Shown piece by piece: positions 1 to 9,710 of a stretch of DNA of 42,797 bases. The notes beneath the pieces were generated by a model. The model did not search any database, was not told the DNA's origin, and was given only the letters and a program-made list of their open reading frames with translations. Numbering within the stretch: the first letter of the stretch is position 1; the number at the start of each line of letters is the position of its first letter. The stretch is taken from assembly GCA_900696505.1 (NCBI GenBank), contig CAADGJ010000223.1, positions 1-42,797 on the forward strand. Reading direction: 5' to 3'. Origin of the DNA: an uncultured Nitrosospira sp. (GTDB taxonomy: Bacteria; Nitrospirota; Nitrospiria; Nitrospirales; Nitrospiraceae). The translations under genes and the position numbers were made by a program.

Positions 1-71
1 TCCTGATCCTTGTCTTTTTGCAATATGCCGTGGTTCAATCCTTGCGGGATATTGCCGTGCGGATGCATTAA
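1..71 (+). CDS. yggT: YggT family membrane protein, 3' end only (partial)
   Basis: Frame from nt 3 reads LILVFLQYAVVQSLRDIAVRMH* (TAA 69-71). This is a hydrophobic YggT-like C-terminus, in the usual position directly upstream of divIVA. Confidence 0.6.
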   Translation, partial: LILVFLQYAVVQSLRDIAVRMH

Positions 72-92
72 CTGTCGGGCAAGAGGTGTCGC

Positions 93-605
93 ATGAAAAT
101 CACTCCCATCGATATTCAGCAGATGGTGTTTCAGGTCAAGTTTCGAGGGTTTGACCGGGATGAAGTGAACCGCTTTCTCGAGGAGTTGGCGCTCACCGTC
201 GAAAATTTGAATCGAGAGAATAGCCTCCTTCGTGAAAAACTCACCACCACCGAGCAGCAGGTGGCTGACTTGCGACGCACCGAAGCGACGCTCTCCAACA
301 CATTAGTCTCGGCCCAGACGCTGGCGGAGGACGTCAAGCGATCCGCCCAACGAGAGGCCGACTTGATCGTGAAGGAGGCCGAACTGAAAGCGAGTGAAAT
401 AATCCGGCAGGCGCGCGGCAGTCTCACCGAGATGCAACGCGGCGTGGCGGATCTGCAAAAACAGCGGCTCATGATGGTGGAGCGCTTTCGTTCTACCCTG
501 CGGTCATTTGAGCGGATGCTGGAAGTTGAAGAGAGCGACGCGTATCAAGCAGAGGGGGCTTCGGTTGAAGGGAAGCTCGCCGGCGAATCCAGCCCTGCGC
601 GTTGA
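93..605 (+). CDS. divIVA: DivIVA domain-containing coiled-coil protein
   Basis: N-terminal ITPIDIQQMVFQVKFRGFDRDEVNRFL DivIVA signature followed by a long coiled coil; GAGGT RBS. Confidence 0.9.
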   Translation: MKITPIDIQQMVFQVKFRGFDRDEVNRFLEELALTVENLNRENSLLREKLTTTEQQVADLRRTEATLSNTLVSAQTLAEDVKRSAQREADLIVKEAELKASEIIRQARGSLTEMQRGVADLQKQRLMMVERFRSTLRSFERMLEVEESDAYQAEGASVEGKLAGESSPAR

Positions 606-717
606 GTCTCCTGCGTTCATCGGGAATTCCACCTTTGTCTGCAATCCTGAACCGGCGGAGCGGACCGTCCGCTCCCGGCCTCTCCCCGCCAGCTCAGCTT
701 CACGCTAGATCGTACTG

Positions 718-1848
718 ATGGCTATGAACGATCCGATACAGTCGGCGCTGCAAGCCGCCGTCGACGACGGGACATTTCCAGGTGCCGTTCTGGCCGTACG
801 CTTGCGCGGGGAGATCGTCTTCGAAAGCGCCGTCGGCCGGCTGTCCCGGCAAGGGTCGGAGGAAGCCGTCACGGATCATACCTGTTACGACCTGGCGTCT
901 CTGACCAAAGTGCTCGCGACGACGACCGCGCTCGCCTTGTTGATCCAGCGTGGACGCCTGAAGGTGGACGACCGCATTGACGGGATCTTAAATGAGTTGC
1001 GAGACAGTGCGGTTGGAGCCGCCACGGTGCGGCAGTTGCTCACCCACAGTTCCGGTCTGCCGGGATGGCGCCCCTTGTACGAACGTATTGCCGCGATCGA
1101 GGCGACGCAGCCGGGATTCATGGGCAGTTCAGCGGCGTGCGAGGCGGTAACGGGCTACATCGCGAAGGAAGAGTTAATCTACGAGCGAGGCTCCCGTAGC
1201 TTGTATAGCGATCTGGGTTTTATGCTGTTGGGTTTCGCCGTGGAACGGCTCTCAGGCGAACCGCTGGATCAATTCTGCAGCGGGCAGATCTACGAGCCGC
1301 TCGGCGCTCGCCCGTTGGCCTATGCGCGGCGTGGGCCCCTATCGGCCTTGTCTATCCATCACGATGCAGAATGCATCATTGCTCCAACGGAGGAGGATCC
1401 CTGGCGGAAGCGCATGCTCTGCGGGGAGGTCCATGACGAAAATGCCTATGCCCTTGGCGGAGTCGCTGGTCACGCGGGGTTGTTCGGGACTGCCGGGGCC
1501 GTACTGGCCGTTTCTCAAGCGTGGATGGATGGCCGGCGCAAAAAACAAGGGTTATTGGAACCCGAGATCGTCAGGACCTTTACGACAAACAGGCAGGGTG
1601 TTCCGAACTCCAGCTGGGCGCTTGGGTGGGATACGCCGTCGGTGCGGTCGTCGTCAGGAACGCGTTTTTCTCCCGAGTCGTTCGGCCATCTCGGATTCAC
1701 GGGCACGTCATTGTGGATCGATCCGGTCAAGGAGCTGGAAGTGGTGCTCCTCTCCAATCGGGTTCATCCTACCAGGCGGAATGAACAGATCCGGGTCTTC
1801 CGCCCGCACATCCACGATGTTATTTGCCGGGAATTACTGAGAAATTAA
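718..1848 (+). CDS. Serine hydrolase, beta-lactamase/class C-like family (possible peptidoglycan-recycling amidase or esterase)
   Basis: SxxK (ASLTK), LLTHSSGL, YSDLGF, GEVHDENA, GHAGLF and HLGFTGT motifs; no signal peptide. Confidence 0.88.
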   Translation: MAMNDPIQSALQAAVDDGTFPGAVLAVRLRGEIVFESAVGRLSRQGSEEAVTDHTCYDLASLTKVLATTTALALLIQRGRLKVDDRIDGILNELRDSAVGAATVRQLLTHSSGLPGWRPLYERIAAIEATQPGFMGSSAACEAVTGYIAKEELIYERGSRSLYSDLGFMLLGFAVERLSGEPLDQFCSGQIYEPLGARPLAYARRGPLSALSIHHDAECIIAPTEEDPWRKRMLCGEVHDENAYALGGVAGHAGLFGTAGAVLAVSQAWMDGRRKKQGLLEPEIVRTFTTNRQGVPNSSWALGWDTPSVRSSSGTRFSPESFGHLGFTGTSLWIDPVKELEVVLLSNRVHPTRRNEQIRVFRPHIHDVICRELLRN

Positions 1849-2165
1849 GCGGACAAATCGGGGTAGTCAGTCCAGGTTTCTTTTTCGGCGAGATAGCGAT
1901 TGCCTTTGAAGTTCAGGCGTGTGCGCATCCGAGTGAAACCCACACTCTGCAGCTTGTCGACGACGGCTTTGACGGCGGCACTGGTCGTTGAATGGGGGGT
2001 ACCCTCCACGGCGTAGGCTTCGTAGGTCATTTTGCCCGTGTATCCGGCCGCCACCCGGTTCACCAGGACAGCCCGGTTAAAATAGCGATCGCTTGGATCG
2101 ATCCCCTCGACCTGATGCCGCTCAATTAATCCCTCTTTCTTAAAGAGGAGGGGGAGTCCACTCAT
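1845..2165 (-). CDS. Hypothetical protein (106 aa, MSGLPLLFKKEG...)
   Basis: ATG at 2165 with a GGAGG RBS and a near-consensus sigma-70 promoter; the longer 2432 start in the ORF track is unlikely. Confidence 0.75.
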   Translation of the reverse strand: MSGLPLLFKKEGLIERHQVEGIDPSDRYFNRAVLVNRVAAGYTGKMTYEAYAVEGTPHSTTSAAVKAVVDKLQSVGFTRMRTRLNFKGNRYLAEKETWTDYPDLSA

Positions 2166-2211
2166 ACTAAACCTCCGTCGATCATCTGTAGGCCGCGACT
2201 TACGGGTCCCG

Positions 2212-2240
2212 ATTATAGGGACCTGCCTTGTCGAGTGCAA
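2212..2240 (-). promoter_or_regulatory. Sigma-70 promoter for the 2165 hypothetical gene
   Basis: Minus strand TTGCAC-N17-TATAAT. Confidence 0.65.
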
Positions 2241-2246
2241 CCGTCG

Positions 2247-2276
2247 TTGACAAGGTTCTGCAGGGGTTTCTATGAT
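2247..2276 (+). promoter_or_regulatory. Sigma-70 promoter (divergent) for the CDP-alcohol phosphatidyltransferase
   Basis: TTGACA-N18-TATGAT, back to back with the minus-strand promoter. Confidence 0.65.
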
Positions 2277-2335
2277 GCGCGATTCCTGTGCCATGATCCG
2301 GCAACCGAAATGGTGTGTCCCGTCAGTTTCTTGTG

Positions 2336-2878
2336 ATGAATATGAACGTTCCCAACAGTCTGACGATGTTACGCATCCTGTTGATTCCCGTGTATGTCGG
2401 GCTGCTGAACTACGAGCAATTCGACTATGCATTGGCGGTCCTGTTCATCGCCGGGTTGACCGATGCACTCGACGGAATCATCGCCCGTGTAGCAGATCAG
2501 CGAACGAGGCTCGGGGAAGTCCTCGATCCCTTGGCGGACAAACTGATGCTGACCACGGGATTCATCACCCTCTCTGTCATGCATCTCGTGCCGCTCTGGC
2601 TGACGATTCTCGTCGCCAGCCGCGACCTCATGCTGATGTTGGGGGCGGCGGTCGCCCACTTCACTCATACGCAGGTCGATATCTCGCCGACGGTGCTGGG
2701 GAAAGGCACGACATTGATCCAGCTGGCGACGTTGGTGGCGGTCGTTTTCTTTGCCTCGCGGCGGCTTGATCTTTCCACGCTCGATCCGCTTTTGTACCTG
2801 ATGGGCGGTGTGACGCTGACCTCCGGGCTGCACTACCTCTCCCGCGGATACGTACGCATTACCTCCAGCCAGACATAG
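2336..2878 (+). CDS. CDP-alcohol phosphatidyltransferase (PgsA-like)
   Basis: NVPNSLTMLR N-terminus; DxxDGxxAR...G..LDPLADK motif; multiple TM helices. Start at 2336 or 2342. Confidence 0.9.
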   Translation: MNMNVPNSLTMLRILLIPVYVGLLNYEQFDYALAVLFIAGLTDALDGIIARVADQRTRLGEVLDPLADKLMLTTGFITLSVMHLVPLWLTILVASRDLMLMLGAAVAHFTHTQVDISPTVLGKGTTLIQLATLVAVVFFASRRLDLSTLDPLLYLMGGVTLTSGLHYLSRGYVRITSSQT

Positions 2879-2941
2879 CGCGCCTTCACTGAGGTGCCGC
2901 TCCTAGGGCCTTTTACCGGGCTTCGTTTTTCCTGCATTTGT

Positions 2942-2970
2942 TTGACAGTTTTTAGGTCGTCTTATAGACT
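2942..2970 (+). promoter_or_regulatory. Sigma-70 promoter of pilC
   Basis: TTGACA-N17-TAGACT, followed by an AAAGGAG RBS before the ATG at 3038. Confidence 0.7.
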
Positions 2971-3037
2971 TCGATCATAGTTTTCCGCTGCATACCTACG
3001 CGTTCCGCCTGGCGTTCAAAGGAGTGAAAACCGCGTT

Positions 3038-4249
3038 ATGAGCACATTCACCTACGTTGGACGCAACCGCCAGGGCGCTGTAAAGAAGGGGGAGCTCACC
3101 GCCAAAACCAGAGACGAGGCGGTGGACCAGCTTCGCAAGCAGCAGGTCGTGGTCACCAGCCTGGAAGAGAAGTCAGGCGGGAAACTCAAGCTGAACCTCG
3201 GCGGAGGCCTCACCGACAAGGATCTCGTGGTGTTCACGCGTCAATTCGGCACGATGATCAATGCCGGACTGCCGCTGATCCAATGTCTCGACATTCTGTC
3301 CACCCAATCTGAAAATAAAGTGCTGCGCGAAACGGTTGGCGACGTGAAGAACAGCGTCGAGGCCGGCTCCACCTTCTCCGATGCCTTGAAGCGCCATCCC
3401 AAAGTGTTCGACGATCTCTACGTGAACATGATCCATGCCGGTGAAGTGGGCGGTCTGCTCGATACCATCCTGACACGATTGGCCAAGCACATTGAAAAGG
3501 CCATGAAACTGAAGGGCCAGATCAAGTCGGCGATGGTCTATCCCACGGCAATCGTCGGTGTGGCCGTTGTCATTATCAGCGTGTTGATGGTCTGGGTTAT
3601 TCCGGTGTTCGCGCAGATGTTCACGGAAATGTCCGGCGGTAAGGTCGGGCTTCCTGGCCCGACGCAGATCGTCATCAATGTCAGCAATTTCTTCCAGAGC
3701 TATTGGTACGCCATGTTCGGCGCCGTCGCAGGCACCATCTTCGCGATCAAACGCTACTACGCCACGGTCAATGGACGTGTGGTGATCGACAAGTTGCTGC
3801 TGAAGATGCCGATCGTCGGAGATTTGATCAGAAAAGCCTCCGTGGCGAAATTTACCCGGACCCTCGGCACCTTGATCACCAGCGGTGTGCCGTTATTGGA
3901 GGGACTGAGTATCTGCGCCAAGACGTCGGGCAACAAGGTGATCGAAGAAGCGCTCATGAATGCGCGGGTGAGTATCAGCGGCGGAAAGACGATTTCCGAG
4001 CCGCTGGCCAAATGTAACGTGTTCCCGAAAATGGTGACGCACATGATCGCCGTCGGCGAATCCACCGGTGCGCTCGATGCCATGCTCGGTAAGATCGCCG
4101 ATTTCTATGAAGATGAAGTGGACCAGGCCGTCGAGACCCTGACCTCGCTCCTGGAACCGATCATGATGGTGGTCTTGGGTACCATCATCGGCTTTATCGT
4201 CGTCGCTATGTACCTGCCGATCTTCACGATGGCGCAGGCCATCCAATAA
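3038..4249 (+). CDS. pilC: Type IV pilus inner-membrane platform protein PilC (T2SS F family)
   Basis: FTRQFGTMINAGLPL, AGEVGGLLD, KIKSAMxYP-like and GESTGALDAML two-repeat GspF/PilC motifs. Confidence 0.95.
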   Translation: MSTFTYVGRNRQGAVKKGELTAKTRDEAVDQLRKQQVVVTSLEEKSGGKLKLNLGGGLTDKDLVVFTRQFGTMINAGLPLIQCLDILSTQSENKVLRETVGDVKNSVEAGSTFSDALKRHPKVFDDLYVNMIHAGEVGGLLDTILTRLAKHIEKAMKLKGQIKSAMVYPTAIVGVAVVIISVLMVWVIPVFAQMFTEMSGGKVGLPGPTQIVINVSNFFQSYWYAMFGAVAGTIFAIKRYYATVNGRVVIDKLLLKMPIVGDLIRKASVAKFTRTLGTLITSGVPLLEGLSICAKTSGNKVIEEALMNARVSISGGKTISEPLAKCNVFPKMVTHMIAVGESTGALDAMLGKIADFYEDEVDQAVETLTSLLEPIMMVVLGTIIGFIVVAMYLPIFTMAQAIQ

Positions 4250-4250
4250 C

Positions 4251-4269
4251 GACGCGACCCGATCGCGTC
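4251..4269 (+). terminator. Hairpin immediately after the pilC stop (terminator or mRNA-stabilising stem)
   Basis: GACGCGA-cccga-TCGCGTC perfect 7-bp stem; no U-tract. Confidence 0.3.
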
Positions 4270-4344
4270 TCGTATCTGGCGCACGACCCTGACCATCCGA
4301 AGGGCCGTGCGCCGCACATCCATCATCAGGGCAACGCGCCCGTC

Positions 4345-6150
4345 ATGCTGTCCTCAACGCTTCCAGCCGCAACTGACGCTTCCGAGCCATCCCGCAGCCC
4401 GCAGGACTCGATGTCTCCCATGCTGGATGAACGTCCTCTGCCCTCGGGCGAACGGTCGATGCCGGAGTTAAAGACTCGACTCCATTGGCTCATGGGGCTT
4501 CGCGTCGCTATCGTGACGGTGATGCTCGGCCTCTCCCTGGCATTTCAGTCAACGCGAGGCGAATCGGCACCGACCTTCACCGCACTCATCGTCTTCACCT
4601 ACACCATTACCATCGTGTACGCGGTGGTGCTCAGGCGGCTGACGACGGCGGTGGCCTATACGGCGTTTATCTGGGTGCAAGTCGGAGTGGATGTGATCCT
4701 CGAAACCGTCCTGATCGCGAGAACCGGCGGCGTCGAGAGTCCTTTTGCTGTGTTGTACGTCATCACGGTCACGGTGGCCAGTCTGGTGCCGCACCGGCGT
4801 GTCGGCATTGTCACGGGTGCCGGGTGCACCCTGTTGTTCGGGTCCATCACGGCTGTTCAATATTTCGGGCTTCTGAACGCCTCCGGCTGGCTGCCTCCCA
4901 GTAAACTCGAAGGACCAGAAGCGTTGCAGACCTTCGAAGTGTACGGGCTCGCATTTCTGGTCGTCGGATACTTGAGCGGAGTACTGGCCGACGAGCTTCG
5001 TCACGCCGATCAGTCATTGCGAGAAAAGGAGCAGGGGCTCAGCCGGCTTCAGGTGTTCCATGAGAGCATCGTGCGCAGTATCAGCAGCGGAGTGTTTACG
5101 ACTGATCAGGAAGGGCGGATCACCTCGTTCAACCCCGCCGCTCATGAAGTGACCGGCTACGCGTTTTCGGACGTGCAGGGCCGCTTGTGGCAGGAAGTGT
5201 TCAATTGGCATCCGGATGGGCGATCACAGGATGCCGATATGGCCTCGCCGCCCTTGCGCTTTGAAGTGGACTGCTTTCACGCCAACGGTAGCTGTCTGGT
5301 GTTGGGCATGACCGTCTCACCGCTCCAAGAGCAGGGTACGCAGCGGGGTCTGGTCGGGGTGTTCAAGGATCTCACGCAAATTCGTTATCTGGAAGAGGAA
5401 ATGCGCCGGCGGGAATGGCTGGCCAATCTGGGCGAGATGTCGGCCGGTATGGCCCATGAAATACGTAATCCTCTGGGTGCGCTGGCCGGCGCAATGCAGA
5501 TGTTGCGGCAGGATGTCGGCTCCGACGAGACCAGCCAGAAATTGATGGACATCGCCATCCGGGAAGCCAGGCGGCTCGACAATATCATCACGGAGTTTCT
5601 GCAGTATGCGCGCCCGCCGGCCTTGAATCTGGCTGAGCAGGATTTGAATAAAGTCCTTGCCGATACGTTGGATCTGATCCAACATGAAGCGCGATCACGA
5701 ACCGGCATCACGATCGTGTCTCGTCCGACCCCGATTGCTCTCCGGGCAAAGGTTGACCAGGATCAGTTGAAGCAGGTGTTCTGGAATTTGTCCGTCAATG
5801 CGTTTGACGCCATGCCCGGAGGAGGAACCCTCACGATTACTACCGGACTGCGCCGCGTGGAAGTCGGAGGACGCCGCGAGGATGTGATTGAGATCAGCTT
5901 TCACGATAGCGGCGAAGGCATTCCAAAGCAGAACTTCGACAAGATTTTTCTTCCATTTTTCACGACGAAGAAAGAGGGGTCCGGGTTGGGTCTGGCCCAG
6001 GTCCATCGCATCGTGGAGTTGCACGACGGATGGATCAAAGTTGAGAGCGAAGTGGGCACCGGGGCGCGTTTTGTCGTCTGCCTCCCGCAGTCCCCGGAGG
6101 TCGGCGTGCGTTTGCGGCATGAGGGAAGGGAACCGTGGAAAAGATTCTAG
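4345..6150 (+). CDS. pilS: Sensor histidine kinase, PilS-like (multi-TM, PAS, HisKA, HATPase)
   Basis: About 6 TM helices with TGGVESPF; PAS; H-box AHEIRNPL; N, G1 and G2 boxes; lies between pilC and a sigma-54 regulator. The true start may be 4411 or 4459. Confidence 0.85.
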   Translation: MLSSTLPAATDASEPSRSPQDSMSPMLDERPLPSGERSMPELKTRLHWLMGLRVAIVTVMLGLSLAFQSTRGESAPTFTALIVFTYTITIVYAVVLRRLTTAVAYTAFIWVQVGVDVILETVLIARTGGVESPFAVLYVITVTVASLVPHRRVGIVTGAGCTLLFGSITAVQYFGLLNASGWLPPSKLEGPEALQTFEVYGLAFLVVGYLSGVLADELRHADQSLREKEQGLSRLQVFHESIVRSISSGVFTTDQEGRITSFNPAAHEVTGYAFSDVQGRLWQEVFNWHPDGRSQDADMASPPLRFEVDCFHANGSCLVLGMTVSPLQEQGTQRGLVGVFKDLTQIRYLEEEMRRREWLANLGEMSAGMAHEIRNPLGALAGAMQMLRQDVGSDETSQKLMDIAIREARRLDNIITEFLQYARPPALNLAEQDLNKVLADTLDLIQHEARSRTGITIVSRPTPIALRAKVDQDQLKQVFWNLSVNAFDAMPGGGTLTITTGLRRVEVGGRREDVIEISFHDSGEGIPKQNFDKIFLPFFTTKKEGSGLGLAQVHRIVELHDGWIKVESEVGTGARFVVCLPQSPEVGVRLRHEGREPWKRF

Positions 6151-7514
6151 TTGTCGACGATGAGCAGGGTCTGCGCGATGTGTTGAGCATCATGCTCAAG
6201 CGGGCGGGGTACGCCGTAACCGTGGCGTCGGACGGGGAAGAGGCGATCGCGCAGATTCATAAAGAAATTTTTGATCTCGTCATCACCGACCTCAAGATGC
6301 CGAAAATGGGTGGCCTGGACGTGCTCAAGGCCGTCAAGGCCTCATCGCCTGACACCGTTGTGTTGATGATCACGGCCTTTGCCTCCGCCGATTCCGCAGT
6401 CGAAGCCATGAAGCACGGCGCCTATGACTATCTCACCAAGCCTTTCCAGGTCGATGAAGTGCAGTTGATCATTCGCAACGCGATCGAGCGGCGCCGGCTG
6501 TCGACGGAGAACATGCTCCTGAAGCGGGAATTGGCCAGCCAGTCGTCGTTCTCCCAGATCGTGGGCCAGAGCGAGGCCATGCAGAAGGTCTACGATGTCA
6601 TCAAGAAAGTGGCGGATTCCAGGAGCAACGTCCTGATCGGCGGGGAAAGCGGCACCGGCAAGGAGTTGGTGGCGCGAGCCATCCATTTCAACAGTGCGCG
6701 AGCCTCCATGCCGTTCGTGACGGTCAATTGCAGCGCGGTGCCAGAAACGCTGCTCGAAAGTGAACTGTTCGGCCACATGAAGGGCTCCTTCACCGGCGCG
6801 GTTTCCAACAAGGCCGGTCTGTTTGAGGTGGCGAACGGCGGCACGATTTTCCTCGACGAGATCGGCGATACCACGCCTGCGATTCAGGTCAAGCTCTTGC
6901 GCGTCATTCAGGAGCGGGAGTTCCGGCGGGTCGGCGGCACGCAGGATGTGAAAGTGGATGTGCGTATCGTGGCGGCCACGAATCGTGACTTGGAAAAGGC
7001 GGTTGCCGAAGGCGCCTTTCGTGAGGATCTCTACTATCGGCTCGATGTGATTCCGATCAGGCTCCCGCCATTGCGCATGCGGACCGGCGACATTCCGCTA
7101 TTGAGCCAACATTTTCTCGAGAAATTTGCCACGGAAAGTGGTAAACCAGTGCCGACGATGAGCCAGGAGGCCATGCGCGTGCTGTTGGCGCATGAGTGGC
7201 GGGGCAACGTTCGTGAATTGGAGAACGTCGTCGAACGCGTTGTGGCCTTCACCACGGGATCGTCGGTGACGGATGCGGATATTCGCGGATGGCTCCATAA
7301 GCCAGTGAGCACCCAGCAGGCCGTGCCCTCGGAATTGCCGGAAGATGGCCTGGACCTGGAGGGGTTGATCAACACGATCGAGAAGGATCTGCTGTTGAAA
7401 GCGCTGGAGCGGAGTCAGTGGGTCAAAAAGCGAGCCGCGCGACTGCTGCGGTTGAATACCCGGTCGTTCCGGTACCGTCTCGAAAAGTATGAAATCAAAG
7501 GAGGCCGGGATTAG
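6135..7514 (+). CDS. pilR: Sigma-54-dependent response regulator, PilR/NtrC family
   Basis: REC domain; Walker A GESGTGKE; GSFTGA loop; FREDLYYRL; C-terminal Fis-type HTH; overlaps pilS. Confidence 0.88.
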   Translation: MEKILVVDDEQGLRDVLSIMLKRAGYAVTVASDGEEAIAQIHKEIFDLVITDLKMPKMGGLDVLKAVKASSPDTVVLMITAFASADSAVEAMKHGAYDYLTKPFQVDEVQLIIRNAIERRRLSTENMLLKRELASQSSFSQIVGQSEAMQKVYDVIKKVADSRSNVLIGGESGTGKELVARAIHFNSARASMPFVTVNCSAVPETLLESELFGHMKGSFTGAVSNKAGLFEVANGGTIFLDEIGDTTPAIQVKLLRVIQEREFRRVGGTQDVKVDVRIVAATNRDLEKAVAEGAFREDLYYRLDVIPIRLPPLRMRTGDIPLLSQHFLEKFATESGKPVPTMSQEAMRVLLAHEWRGNVRELENVVERVVAFTTGSSVTDADIRGWLHKPVSTQQAVPSELPEDGLDLEGLINTIEKDLLLKALERSQWVKKRAARLLRLNTRSFRYRLEKYEIKGGRD

Positions 7515-7534
7515 CGCCGCCCTGTTAGCTGCGA

Positions 7535-8434
7535 GTGAACTCTACTAGTCTGCTGGTTCTGACTCCTGCCAAGGTCAATCTCATTCTCCGGGTGCTCGAA
7601 CGACGGCCTGACGGTTTCCATGCCATCTGGTCATTGATGCATACGGTGGGGCTCAACGATGAGTTGATGCTCACCATGCAGCCCGCTGCCGCCTCCCGCA
7701 TCACCTTGCGCTGTAACCAGGCCGACCTGGCGGTGGATCAGACCAATCTGGTCTATCGTGCCGCGGAGCTGGTGTTGGCGCGAGCCAACCGGACGATGGA
7801 TCTCTCCATCAGCCTGACAAAGCGCATTCCCATGGGGGCCGGACTTGGTGGAGGAAGCAGTGATGCCGCCGCAACCATTCTCGGGTTGACCCGGTTGTTG
7901 GAATTGAACTGGTCGGTCGAGCAGATGGCGGAGGTGGGGCAGCAGTTAGGAAGTGATGTGCCGTTCTTTTTTGTGGCGCCTGCCGCCTGTGTGACGGGAC
8001 GGGGAGAGCATGTCCGTCCGGTCCGAGTCACGGGAAACAGATGGATCGTGCTGGTCAGTCCGGGATTTCCTGTGCCGACCAAATGGGCGTATCAGCAGTT
8101 GGCTGCCACCCGCGCCGGTGTGCGTCCGCTCTCGGTGGCGGTGCAGTCCTTGGATCAACGCTCCGAGCTGGATTGGTCGGAGATTGTTCCGTTGGTAGAA
8201 AACGATTTCGAGGAGCCCGTGTTCGCTCACCATCCGGTGCTGGCGCAGATTAAGAGCCAATTGCTGAGCTTGGGCGCCGAGGTGGCCCTGTTATCCGGGA
8301 GCGGAGCGACCATGTTCGGCCTGTTCCGAGAGCAGTCTGCCGCACAGCAGGCGGCGGATGTGTTCGGGCGCAATCCCGGAATGACGGCCTATGCGGTGCC
8401 GGCAGCCGGCGCTCCGACGACGACGGTGGTGTGA
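7535..8434 (+). CDS. ispE: 4-diphosphocytidyl-2-C-methyl-D-erythritol kinase
   Basis: PAKVNL, KRIPMGAGLGGGSSDAA, LGSDVPFF and LSGSG motifs. Confidence 0.95.
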   Translation: MNSTSLLVLTPAKVNLILRVLERRPDGFHAIWSLMHTVGLNDELMLTMQPAAASRITLRCNQADLAVDQTNLVYRAAELVLARANRTMDLSISLTKRIPMGAGLGGGSSDAAATILGLTRLLELNWSVEQMAEVGQQLGSDVPFFFVAPAACVTGRGEHVRPVRVTGNRWIVLVSPGFPVPTKWAYQQLAATRAGVRPLSVAVQSLDQRSELDWSEIVPLVENDFEEPVFAHHPVLAQIKSQLLSLGAEVALLSGSGATMFGLFREQSAAQQAADVFGRNPGMTAYAVPAAGAPTTTVV

Positions 8435-8556
8435 AGAGAGACGCTGATAGAGGTTGAATCGGGGTCTCCCGTGTGTAGGAAACGACCCTATCTGGAGCAC
8501 CACGGTCACGACAGACCGGCACTCACTTTCCTCGGCCCCCAGCCCGTCGCACATTA

Positions 8557-8586
8557 TTGACAACTTCCCAGGGTTTTCGTTAATGT
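8557..8586 (+). promoter_or_regulatory. Sigma-70 promoter upstream of prs
   Basis: TTGACA-N18-TAATGT. Confidence 0.5.
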
Positions 8587-8731
8587 GCTGTGCTTCGGTA
8601 GGCGTCCTCTTGTCCTGACAGTCCAGGTCGGCGGGATTAATAGCGGTCCGTTCCGTGCCCACCGTTTTTGAACGACTCGATACGCACCGTTACAGCATCG
8701 GCATCGCCACGTACCGCATCGAAGGGGTGGA

Positions 8732-9673
8732 ATGAACAGGGAACTGAAGCTCTTTTCGGGCAACGCCAATCCTGCGCTTGCGCGCGCGATCGGCACGTAT
8801 CTCGACCTGCCCATCGGCGCGGCCACGGTCTCCTCGTTTAGTGATGGGGAAATTCGAGTTCGCGTCGAAGAGAATGTGCGCGGCGCGGACGTGTTTCTCA
8901 TCCAGTCCTGCTGCGCGCCGGTCAATGATTCGATCATGGAAATGCTCATCATGATCGATGCCCTCAAGCGTTCGTCGGCCAATCGCATCACCGCGGTCAT
9001 CCCGTATTTCGGGTATGCCAGGCAGGATCGTAAGGATCAGCCGCGCGTGCCGATTTCCGCCAAACTGGTGGCAGACCTTGTTACCACCGCCGGCGCGGAC
9101 CGGGTGCTGACGATGGATCTCCATGCCAGCCAAATTCAGGGTTTTTTCAATATACCCGTGGATAATCTCTACGCCTTGCCGGTGCTATTGGATTACATCA
9201 CCAAACGAAGAATCGAGGATCTGGTCGTGGTGTCGCCTGATGCTGGCGGCGTGGAACGTGCCAGAGCCTTTGCGAAACGTCTGCAGGCCAATCTCGCCAT
9301 CATCGATAAACGGCGGGAGGGACCGAATCAGGCTCAGGTGATGAATATTATCGGTGATGTGCAGGGGAAGAGCGCCTTGCTTCTTGACGATATGATCGAT
9401 ACCGCCGGCACCATTGTGCAGGGTGCTCAGGCTTGTTTGGATAAAGGCGCGCGAGAGGTGTGGGCCGGTTGTTCGCACGGCGTGTTGTCTGGACCGGCGT
9501 TGGAGCGTCTCCAACAATCGGGATTGACTGACGTGCTGGTGACCGATTCGATTCCCTTGCGTGGCAAGGAGCAGAAGTGTCCGAAGTTGAAAGTGTTGTC
9601 TGTGGCGCCGCTGTTTGGCGAAGCCATCAGGCGTATCCATGAGGATGAATCAGTGAGTTCGTTATTCGTGTAG
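8732..9673 (+). CDS. prs: Ribose-phosphate pyrophosphokinase
   Basis: [33 protein letters not shown] and DDMIDTAGT motifs. Confidence 0.97.
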   Translation: MNRELKLFSGNANPALARAIGTYLDLPIGAATVSSFSDGEIRVRVEENVRGADVFLIQSCCAPVNDSIMEMLIMIDALKRSSANRITAVIPYFGYARQDRKDQPRVPISAKLVADLVTTAGADRVLTMDLHASQIQGFFNIPVDNLYALPVLLDYITKRRIEDLVVVSPDAGGVERARAFAKRLQANLAIIDKRREGPNQAQVMNIIGDVQGKSALLLDDMIDTAGTIVQGAQACLDKGAREVWAGCSHGVLSGPALERLQQSGLTDVLVTDSIPLRGKEQKCPKLKVLSVAPLFGEAIRRIHEDESVSSLFV

Positions 9674-9710
9674 GCCGTCCGCGTGGAGCGACAGGTCGAG
9701 GAGGAGCATC

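Noticed and set aside
718-1848. Antibiotic-resistance beta-lactamase
   Set aside because: No signal peptide, and the motifs fit the broad esterase/amidase serine hydrolase group.
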